Origin: Amphiscolops sp. MND2022
Taxonomy: Eukaryota
Assembly: GCA_964187785.1 (NCBI GenBank)
Contig: OZ076420.1
Coordinates: 37,386,001-37,450,000, forward strand
Direction of reading: 5' to 3'
DNA length: 64,000 bases
Shown here: positions 29,242 to 40,700 of the stretch, in pieces
How the letters are laid out: each line of letters starts with the position of its first letter
Position numbering within the stretch: the first letter of the stretch is position 1
Position numbers and translations under genes: made by a program
The notes under the pieces: generated by a model
The model's input: only the letters and a program-made list of their open reading frames with translations
The model's database searches: none
Told to the model about the DNA's origin: nothing

Positions 29242-31426
29242 TTGATTGCCCTACATATGACAAAGGATCGAATTTGAGATCAAACGAATCAAATTCACTA
29301 CGCAGGAAGCGCCTCGTGTTTCAAGCTGTTTTTCCTCTCTGTTGGAGCACTGAACAATAGACTAGATATTTTCATTTTACATTCTTTCATGAATGTCACC
29401 GTAACACCCATGTTTTGCTTTTTTGTCTCGGCCCGTTCAAAGATCGAGACAAATGTGTTGTACTTGATAATCTTGTCGTTTATTAAAATCACAAGTGCTG
29501 ATTGCTTTTTTGCTATTTCTTGAGACGATTTTAATCGAAATTGTGACGAATGTCGTTGAATTTTGGCTTTGTCTCCTAGGAAATTGCGAAAATGTCCATT
29601 TTCCACTTTTGTAATGGGCATATTGCATTTCGCGATGAGATTTGAACAATAGAATCAGCTGGTCTTCTCCGTGGAAGAGGCGTTTCACATCCAATTTGTC
29701 ATTTTTGGTTGTTTGTTAATTTGTTGCTCCAACTTTTCCGTATGTGATAATGTTTTTTTGCTGTTCCCTTTGCTGGCTTATATATGGTTGATTTACGTCT
29801 GCGTAATATTTCTCGTAATTTATAACCTGGTGCAGAATTTGAAAAATTAGCGATTTTGTTTCAATCTGGATTTAAATACGAAATTGAGGAATGGTCTTCC
29901 GAAGTGGTCAAATTATTATGATTTGAATTACACACTATTTGTGAATTGTTTCTGTGATCACAATTGAATTTATGGTAAGTAAGCATCACTTGGTTCTATT
30001 TTTCCAAACAGAAAGCGTTGCACGTCAAAAGTTCGGATATATCGTGCTGGGACAAATGAGAGCGCATTTTTTGAATCTCTACCTCCTCTTTAGTAAAAGG
30101 CAGATAGTTCTGATATAACGTCAAAAGTTCGGAAATAGCCCAATTTTTTCGAATTTCCGTTCCCCCCTTAGAAAAACTCAATTTACTTCGTATGTAACGT
30201 TAAACGTTCGGATAAAGCGTACTGGGACAAATAGCAGCTCTTTCCTGAGCACCAGGATAACAAATAAAAAGCCGAGATTTGGCAAAATTTGTAAAAAAAA
30301 AAACGCAACACAGATTATGATTTTCCTCCCCCAAATAAATTTGTGGGGAGGAAAATAATAATGAATCAAGCACAATGAAAAAAGCAAAACATAATTAACA
30401 CAAAATGGAATAGTACCAATTTAAAGATACCACGGTACAAAATGGAATATCGCAAATCAAATTTAGTTAAAGTTTCTGCAAATTTCGGCCATGCTCAACC
30501 AGTACTGACGAACACTAAGGTTTCCACTCAAGTAGGAATTTTTGATACAGATAATTCGTTCATTGTATTCGCGGTACAGCCTTTTTTGAGGACTCTTTTA
30601 ATTTTCAGAGTCAAAGTATAATTTTTTGCACGAGTATCTAGCTATCGCTCCGAATTGTTTTGAACTTTCTGTGCAACACCTGTTTGGGAGCATGTTTTTA
30701 TTCCCCAAACAGCCGCAGGGGAAAATAAGAAACAAGGTTTGAATACCATGTCCACATCGTTTGCGATGAAAGTTCAACAAAAAAAACAAATGATGTTGAC
30801 AATATTCCTACTTTTATATTGATTTACTGTTAAAAGCTGCTGATTTTAGTTATTAGTGGAGAAAACTTACGTTAAAATAGAGGCCTTTCCAGGCAACTTT
30901 GGCCTGTTACAGGCATGCAATTTTGTCTTTTTGGACAAAAAATCATGGTAATTTTATGCAACTTTTTTAGCCGACTTCTGTTCGAGTACCTACTGAGAAA
31001 TTCAGGAATTTCATCTGATATGTTTTCATCGAAGCCCTCGATTTTCACTAGAAACAAAACGTTTTGCGAGCATAGAGGACTCCCTGGGGTTTTTGGCAGT
31101 ATGCGACTTATCAGAGACGATTTTCGGGAAAAAATTCGATAGATTTTTTATCCTCCATTTTTATTTTGTTATTTCTGCAATAGCATGAATATTCTAGAAA
31201 TCTGAACTAGTCAACTTTTGTTAGCGATTCGAGTACCTACTAAAAATTCAGATATTTTGTTCGGCAGTGAGTATAAGGTGAGATTTATATTTCTCAAGCT
31301 GTTCCTCGTGCGATTCGTACGCCGAATTCATTGAAATGAAGCCAACGGGTGTTAATTATTTGTTCGCGGGGAGTTTCGCCTTCATTCAAATGCGAATGCG
31401 AAACTTCGTCTCCGCTCAGTAGTTAT

Positions 31427-33263
31427 TAGAGACAGGAATTTTATGTGAACAAATATTTCTTGTGAAAACATATTGAGGCGTGAATTGTGTAACACATATG
31501 TGGTCACATATTCCAATTGGTTAGCACATTTAGCCACATATTGTGGCATTGTCGTAAGTAAGCAAACAATCCAGCAAGGGGATTGAAAACGGGCAGGTAC
31601 CGACAAGCATTAATTGTTGACGGCCCCTGGTTGGCACGTGATTGGTTATTCTACTGCAACCGATTACAAGTATTAATTTTCTATTAGTGCAAGAAATGCC
31701 TCGTTCTGCGTTGAGCTCCGCGGAGCGAGCAACAATGTTTGCCAGGGAGAACAAGAATATCTTAAAAGCAGATGGTCAGCTTCTGGTTTGCGTAGTTTGT
31801 TCTACAAAAGTCTCTTACAATCTCAGGAGCCAAGTGACTCAACATTTGGACAGTGAAAAACATAAGAAGAATTACTTGTTATCAACTCGACAAGCTTTAA
31901 ATACCACCGAAACTCAGGGCGGGAATTTGTTTTATAAAGAAATAGCCCATGCTATGATTTCCGCAAATATTCCTCTACAGAAACTTGATAATCCCGCTTT
32001 CAAGGCCTTTCTTGAAAAATGGGCGAAAATATCTGTTCCCTCGGCGTCTGTTGTTAGGAAAACTTACGGTAAAATTATATATGAAGAATGCTTGCAAAAA
32101 GTTCGACAACAAGTTGGTGACCACCAAATTTGGATTGGAGTTGATGAGACAACTGACATGTGCAAGCGGTATGTGGGAGTTACAGTTGGTGGTGATTTGG
32201 TTACCGGAAAAACTTTTCTTTTAAACTGCGCAATTTTACAAGAAACAAATCATTCGACTGTTTCAAAATTGATTATGGACAGTTTGTACCTGCTGTACCC
32301 ACAGGGTATAAAATATGACAACATTCTCTTATTGGTTACGGACGGTGCCGCTTATATGAAAAAATGTTACAAGGACGTTATTAAAGCACTTTTTTTCAAA
32401 AACGCTTCACATTACCTGCATTGCCCATATGTTGCATAACGTGGCAGAAACAGCGCGAGCGTCGTTTCCGGAGGTCGACAAACTTGTTTCCTCTGAAAAA
32501 AGTTTTCAAAAAATCTCCAAAGAGAATTCAAGCCTTCAAAAACACATTTCCATTGTTTTCCTTACCACCCGAACCTGTTGTGACTCGTTGGGGAACATGG
32601 TTGAAAGCAGTGGATTACATATCACAAAATCAAGAAAAAATTTTGTCCGTTATTGAAACATTTAACGAAGAGGAAAATGCCGCCATTCTACAGGGTAAAA
32701 ACATGTTATCCAATGCATCGATAATTCGCCAACTTCATCAAGTAAACAAAAATTTTGCTGTTATTTCGAATGCTTTGAATGAAATTGAAAACACTCTATC
32801 CGTTCCTGACATCATCTCCATGCTGAATCGAATTCGCGACAATATTGGAGACCCCGCACCTATGCAAAAATTCCAGCAGGGTCTAGACAAAAACGAAGGC
32901 TGTACCGTTCTGAAAACATTTGTTGAGGGCTGTGAAAAATCTGGACCCCTCGAAAATTGGACTACTGCAGATTTAGCATTAGCAGAAAGGTTGCCTCTAC
33001 AAAACTGTAACGCAGAGCGTGCATTCAGCCGTTTTAACGATGTCCTGACTGACCGGAGAACGAACTTGACCGAAGAAAATCTATCAAAGTTTCTTTTTGC
33101 CATGTGTAACTTTAATTTCTAGGATTTATTATTGATGTTCAGTAATAAAAATTCTTCTTTTGGGCTGTTTTTACCGCATATTTAAGCACATATTCGAATA
33201 CAGGTTAGCAAATTTTATATTACATAAAACGAGGTTTTAAAACACATAAAATTCTTGTCTCTA
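31427..33263 (+). mobile_element. hAT-superfamily DNA transposon (1837 bp)
   Basis: ~21-bp TIR TAGAGACArGAATTTTATGTG; perfect 8-bp TSD GTAGTTAT; transposase inside. Confidence 0.92.
31696..33122 (+). pseudogene. hAT transposase (CGGBP1-like Zn finger, DUF659-type core) with two frameshifts
   Basis: CVVC..QH...KH finger; VDETTD, TDGAAYM, CIAH, TRWGTW, AERAFS; frameshifts near 32395 and 32495. Confidence 0.85.
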
Positions 33264-34539
33264 GTAGTTATATTTCCTTTAGTCCGAGAATTGAAGGTGT
33301 AAACTGGTAGTGATTGATCGTGCGCTATATAATGATTAAACAGGAGTGTTTAGTTATCCGAGATGTGCTTTTATATTATTGAACATGAAAGCCTAAAGGC
33401 AGAAATAGTACCGCCATGCAGGAACCTTTTTTGCGAATTAAATTTTAATATAACGATGGTCCATTAAACATTTGATGTTTTGAAAGTTAACACACAATTA
33501 ATCACAACTTTTCTGAATTTCAGTTATTTTTTATCTCAACCAAACTGAGAAGTTCTGATTAGTGCACACTATTTGATTTCTGCATGCAACGCTATCTGTT
33601 TAGTGTACTGACACCGGATCACTTGTAAAGTTATAGAGTCAAATAATCACGTACCCATCGAACGTGTTGTTTCATTCGACTTGCTTACTTGCAATGCTCA
33701 TACTTATTTGACTATAATTTTATTTTTCTGTAATTTTCTCACTACTAGCTCGCAACTCAGCAATTTTGTCGCTGGGAGCGACTCGTTCTTTTTAATTCTC
33801 GCTACCGCTTTCCATGCTCTGATTAGAATATGTGCGCATTTCCCGAAATATTGATCCAAAGAAATGAACCGTTTCTGCACGGGGCTGTTCGAAACTCTTA
33901 TTCGGTTGCAAAAAAACGTTGTCATTCTACATGTTTCGTCTTTTAAAATGTTACTTGACTGTGATGCATAGAAATATCAAAAGTCCCTGTATAAATATTG
34001 AAACGGTTTAGTATCTAAAAAGGACAGAGAACGAGCTTATACAGCTCGTCGAGTCTCTGCTCTGACTTTGTTTACATGTTCCATGGTATTTCATCATGTT
34101 ATGTTCTGATGGTGTTAAAGATTTTATATTCTGATAATTAGCTATATAATGCTCGCGTCAATTCAATACATCTGAGAAATCTTTTACACTTTGGTCATTC
34201 GAGTACAAATGTGAGAATATTGACCATTGGACTTTTTTGTCGAATGCATATACGACCAAACCAATGTTATAGCAGCCTATCACATGTACAATGTATCTAT
34301 TTGATGGAACAATGCTGCAGTTTTCACACATTGATTACCCAAAGTATTCTTCCCTTCCATTGCTCGAAGCAAAAGGCCCTTTCACAATGTGCTTGCAAAG
34401 TTACATGCCGTTGCTCCACACCATGTTTCTATAAATTCACAAGAAACACCTTTTTCACCGTTTGAAATAGCGGTGTATAAATTTCGCTTCCCGTGTGTCA
34501 CTAGTTTTGTTGATGATTTCTTGTCCTTTCAGTTTCTCA

Positions 34540-34733
34540 ATGGCGCCCATGAACTCGGCTCTGCTGAGGTCAAGTTTGCTGACCTCCCGTGCCCTGTTGA
34601 CCGGCGGCAACAGACATGCTTCGTCAGCAGAATCCCCGACCGTCAAGATGCTCATCGATGGCAAGATGGTCGAGTCTGAAACAGACAAGTTCATAGATGT
34701 GCACAACCCCGCCACACAAGATGTTGTGTCCAG
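34540..34733 (+). CDS. ALDH6A1: ALDH6A1 exon 1 (mitochondrial presequence plus N-terminus)
   Basis: [14 protein letters not shown]...[32 protein letters not shown]; the 3' boundary is non-canonical. Confidence 0.85.
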
Positions 34734-37700
34734 GACAGTGTTTTGCTCCCCTCTCTTTTTTACATTGATTTTTTCTGTAATTTGTTCTATGCTCGTTTTT
34801 TTTCATTTTCACCATCTTCCTTTTGAGGGATCGGAAAAAAGTTTTTGCAATCGTACCTTTTTTTATCCCGACCTTTCAATGAAAATTTCAAGTTTCTCAA
34901 AAACTGTTCATACGATTTTTATAAAATTTTGCACCGTTATTCTACACCCAGAGGTGTGAATAAAAGTCGTATGAATTGAATCTGAGAAACATAGCCAGAA
35001 GTAGTCCAAAATGACCAAAAAACGGCCATTTTTGGATATTTGATTTTCTCAAACTCTTTACGATTCGAAAGAACAATTTGAAAGAGATTGAGTCTTTCTA
35101 CCCAATATAGGGACTTAACATATGCAATTTCATCAAAATCGAATGACTGGGATTCGAGCGAGTCATAAGGAAAAAGTCCTAATCGACTCTTTTACCTCAC
35201 ATGCGGCTCTGGCTGTTTATCTCTTCGGTGTGAAAAATTAAGGAAGTTGTTGAGTTTTCAAATTGTGCTAGAAGCTATTCATCTCGTTTGCTAACGCTTT
35301 CGCTCTTGAGAGCTAACTCTTCTATATGAAGTGTCTTGCTTTTACTTTCCTGGGAGCGTTGCTATTGAATGTTGACAATGACGCTTAACTCTTAAGAACA
35401 AGTCGAACAATTCTTTATTGTTCATTATAAACGTCTCAGCCTGCGTTTCCAATATGTCTCTTTATTTGATCGCCCATCAGTCTGATTTTAAAACTTTTTG
35501 AACTTAAGGCTAACATGTCGTGTTTTGGATATACCGAATTTGATCTGAACTTTGATGAAAACCTTATGAAACCTTACGTTTCTGCATCACGCTATTATCG
35601 GCTTTTTACTGTTTAAAGCCTAAATTATTGATGACCAAATTTCTTTTCGATCATTTTTTTTCAATTTATGATGTAATCCATTCGCGTATGAGCGACCGGA
35701 AGTCGTTGAATTTTCAAGTGTAGTCATGTACATACAGTCAACAGTTTTTTGGTATTTATCCGAAAGTAGGGTTTGAGAATAATCTGTTTTCCGAAAGCAT
35801 AACACTGAGTTATCATGCAGGACTCCAGTGTGCACTGCGAAAGAAATGAAGCGAGCTGTGGATTCAGCCCAGAGTGCCTTCAACTCGTGGAAAGACCAAA
35901 CCATTCTGACCCGACAGCAGATCATGTTCAACTACCAAAACCTCATCAAGAGCAACTTGAAGGAAATCGCCAAGATTTTAACCAAGGAACAAGGCAAGTT
36001 TTAAAATGTTGCTTGTCGAATGCCAGCTGTTATTGTTTCAGCATTCACTAATAATATTTTTGAAAATGCTTCAAGACAATCCGTTCAAAAAAGAGAACTG
36101 TTCATTCGTATCGATAAAAGTTAACTATGGCTTCACAAAAATGGATAACTGTTGAAACTAAGAAACTCTATAACAAAATGACATTGAATACCAGATAAAA
36201 GATTTTAACAATCTTGAAAGCGATAAAGACAAGCGGAATTTTATAAATGAAGCCCGTAATTGTAAGAAGCCAAAAGACGAAATAAACAGTTTACGGAACT
36301 CATTCGGTGACATTATAACTGACCAAACAAATATAGCTAATTTACTCGAATACAGGTTTTCAAAACTAGGCGACTATTTCGGAAAACAAAAACACTACAC
36401 TGAAAGCTCACGCGAATCAAAAACGAGCTCACCTTTCATGTTTCATCCTAATAAATAGTCTATATGAATGCAAGAGACATCTAAAAACTTTGAATGAAAA
36501 CAACCCCATAGGGCCATTCAACATACCAGCATGGGTGTTGAAAGACTGCTTAAACATCGTTGCAGAACCATTGTTTTTAAATTAAAACATTCATTGAAGA
36601 GTCGAAATTCCCGAATCACCTGAAATTAGCATTTGTATTCCCTATTTATAAAAAAGGTGACTGCGAAAATCCCATTAACTACAGGCCTATCTCTATCACA
36701 ACCGCATCAGCGAAATGGTTCAAAAAAGTTCTAAATGAACAAATATCCGAATATCTCGGGCAGCATCAAATGTTGAGCAATACACAGCGCAGTCTATCTT
36801 TCATTATATAGCAGCACACTACGTGCCAAAACTAAGATTTGATAAACACAAACTTAAATGGGACATATGCAGTCTATGTTCCATCAAACAATAGCATACT
36901 TCGTTCCAAAACCGTCTAAGTTTTGATATCCACATGCATACATAGGAATTATCCAATCTAATTTTCATTACAGTGTTATCAAATATGCCAAAACTGTAAG
37001 ATTTGATCTGCACAAGCTTATATAGGACATATGCAATCTGTCTTCCATCAAATATTAGCATACTACGTGCCAAAGATTTGATATACTCAAGCATATTTGG
37101 GATATATGCAGTCTAGCTTACGTTATAGAGCAGCATACTACATGCGAAAGTTCTCTAAGATTGAATATACACCAGCATATAAAGGGTATATGCTGTCTAT
37201 ATTTCGTCATACAGTCTCTCACTTCATGGTGGAACAAAAGAAGACTTTCACCAACGGATTTTCTGGTTATAGAAGGAGATTCGAGAACGATAAAGGATCG
37301 AATTGTGTAAGGGGGAAGTTTGACTAGTAATGAATGTTTTGACATTGACGCAGTGGGTCCACCCGGTGCTAAGAAGTACGTCGTAAGCGAGAATCTTCGC
37401 CGGATATCGACAACATTCAACACTGGGAGTCAAACACACAATGAAAGTGACTTGATAGCTGAAATGAAAAAGGATCGAAAACAAACAACTAACCTTTTGA
37501 AAAAATCAAATTTTGAAAACTTTTGCGGTATAATTTTTCTGTGGTTTGAAAGGAAAGCTATGATATTTGAAAACAACTTGAAGCTTTTTGAGTCTTTCTA
37601 AATAACAGTCCCTTATAACAGACAATTCCAACATCTTGCGCGCCATTGCAGACGTTGAAATTACTCCCACGCCTTCAGGAGCCTGTGATAACACCAAACG

Positions 37701-40700
37701 AGAGCCACCGAACAAACCCGAAAGTTTTACTTTGAGGGTCCTTCCCCCGAACAATTTAAGGCTTTCAATGTTATTGGAAGCTTTCTTCGCGGCCTTCCCA
37801 ATGCCTCTGTTTTGGCCACGTGTTCCCCGATCCCAATTTGACCTTGCCGGTCTCCTACTACCGTGGCTACCCAAAACCGCGAGCCCTCGTATGTTCTGGT
37901 TTTGTTACGACAGGATCTATTTTGAGAACCAGAATGTCAAAGTTTTCCTTGTTTATCCTGGCCGTTTTCTGAGGTTTGCCCAGAGTTACAGCTCCAAGTT
38001 CTGAGGTGAAGCCCTCAGAACTTTCGGGGATGAGAGAATTGACAATTCAGACAACGAACTAGACGATGAAGGTGATGAGGGGGAACTAGATGAGCTGGAC
38101 GATGACCCAGAACTGCTGGGTGACCAAAAAGTAATCTATGAAACCAGCGACATTTATTTGCTTTTCAAACAACAGATCTGAAAAAATATTAGGAGCCTTT
38201 TCGCTTACTGTTCTGTTCCGAAGAACACCGGGCAGTTAATACAACTAGGTAAACAATAACTATTCAGTATAATTATGAAGTCAGAAAAAATGAGCATGGA
38301 AACAGAATTATATACGTCAACTTAAATGACAATATACAAGACATTTGAAAATTTCACATGGTGTGACTCGAACCCACGTGGACCATACCGTTGGTTTTTG
38401 CAAACATCAGCGTTAACCACCCAGTCATATGGCTGACTCACACCGTGTTCTGGTTGCATCTCAATAATGAATAATTACATGAGACACTAGCCGGCCTCAA
38501 TTTCATTCATTGCACTGAATGAAATTCGATGTGAACGTTCAATGCACAAGGGTAAATGCATCATTCCAAAGATCTGATCGAAATAGATTTGAAAAATTTC
38601 TACCAAAGCCAGAAACCACGTGGCGGAGTGGTAAGCCACCCGACTGCTGTCGCGAAAGTCGTGGGTTTGAGCCCCACCATCGTCTAAATGTTCATTATTA
38701 TTTATGACCCGCTAAAAGTAAAAATCAAGCAGTACTTACCTCGGGTCACGTGTTTTAAGACCCACCAAAATTGTTAAGCATATCTTGCTCCACTAGTCAC
38801 ACACATATACTACATCCCGAGACCCCCAAAACTTCTGAGAACACCTGTAATTGTTCGGTAAAACGCGATCTTGAGATTGACGTTGAATACACAAAAAAAA
38901 AACAGAATATAAACAACAAATGCGAGTAGTTAAATAGTTACAGGAACATAACTGGGCTACTGCTTTGTGGAAAGTCAACAAGACAAAGAACACAAAACAT
39001 AAATTGTACACAAAGCGAATGGATATAATTGTAATATCAAATATCATCGTCCATTTCATGCTACGCTTGAAAACGTTTTTATTTTTTTTTGCATTGCTCA
39101 TCAACGTGATGTTAAGATTAACGTTAGTTACATAACAGTGATAAACATCAAATGCAAGTAGTTGAATGATAACAGAAACATAACTGGGTGACTGTATTGT
39201 AGAAAGTCAACAAGACAAAAAACAAATAAATAGTACATAAAGCATTTGAATTGCATTGTGAAACATCAGTAAGACGAAGATCATTTCTACATAAAATAAT
39301 CACCAAATGCATGTCATGATATCACCCGATTTCTGAGTTCGTAACATCTCGTATTTTCTCTAGGAAAAAGCTATGTGCATTTTTGAGACTTAAGATTTCT
39401 TTTCGGCATTCTTTCAAGCTGTAATAGACTGGAAAATGAATAAGAAAGTGAACTAAAAGTAAGGTATCTCAAACACAAAGTTTATGTATGATCATGTACA
39501 TTGATCGCTAGACTATATCGTGAGTAGCATCAACAAAGAATGTTCGTACAATGAGGTTTATGTTAACAGGTACTATGAACTTAATTGTCACAGTGGCATC
39601 ATCTCTCATTCCCCCCTCTGTAGTTCAGGGAAACCATTGCTGATTCTCGGTTGGTGTCCACTTGATCGGGGCTTTAGCTTGCGCGTTGTCTTTCTTTATC
39701 TTCGGGAAAGGAGTCCGCAGAAATTATTGATAGTTGCTGCAAACTTGTAAGTGATGATTTCTTCTGGTGTAATGCTGTTGAACTCGCATTTTCTCTCAAT
39801 ATCCACAAGTCTTTTCCAATATTCATCCAACGTTTCACTGTCTCGTTTAATTTTGAAGAATTGTGGTCGACTGTGGAATACATTTCTTGCAGGAATAAAT
39901 GTCGTATTGAATAATTTCAGCAGCTCTGGGAGATCAATGTCTTTTAGTTCTTTGCCCCACTGGCCTCTCATTATTTCGTGTTTGGCCTTGGGACCTAATG
40001 CCCAAATGACGTCTCCCTTGATGTGGTACACCGTATGCGGGTCCATTTGATCGATGCCTTGGTCCATCAGTTCATCCAAATTTCGGTTATACGTAAGGTG
40101 TATATACTCAGAAATTTGCTCCCACCACATTCGTGGGTTCATTTTGGTCAGGTCCGTCTCCCTGTCCGATAAAATCGAAATTTTATATTTGTTCTTCTCC
40201 AGTCGGTCTGCTGTTGTCTGATTCATTATCGTCTGATTCGCGGCCGGTTGGCCCGATTGTTCCGACGTACTCGGGTCTAAATTGTTGTCCATTAGCTTGC
40301 TGGCTGCGCCATGTAATAGACTGGAGAAATGAGTAAGAAAGTGAATTAAAAGTAAGGTATCTCAAACACAAAGTTTATGTATGATCATGTACACTGATCG
40401 CTAGACTATATCGTGAGTAGCATCAACAAAGAATGTTCGTACAATGAGGTTTATGTTAGCAGGTACTATGAACTTAATTGTCACAGTGGCATCATCTCTC
40501 ATTCCCCCCTCTGTAGTTCAGGGAAACCATTGCTGATTCTCGGTGGGTTCCCACTTGATCGGGGCTTTAGCTTGCGCGTTGTCTTTCTTTATCTTCGGGA
40601 AAGGAGTCCGCAGAAATCATTGATAGTTGCTGCAAACTTGTAAGTGATAATTTCTTCTGGTGTAATGCTCGAATAAATATTCCACAATCAGCTACATGGC

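Noticed and set aside
29298-29694. Short minus-strand ORFs (107 and 85 aa)
   Set aside because: No recognisable motifs or splice-supported structure.
36790-37215. Spaced repeats superficially like a CRISPR array
   Set aside because: Units are degenerate along their whole length with no unique spacers, the context is eukaryotic, and there are no cas genes.
38010-38150. Plus-strand Asp/Glu-rich reading ([18 protein letters not shown])
   Set aside because: No start or splice support. It is the antisense of the Ser-rich stretch preceding the uS5-like relic.
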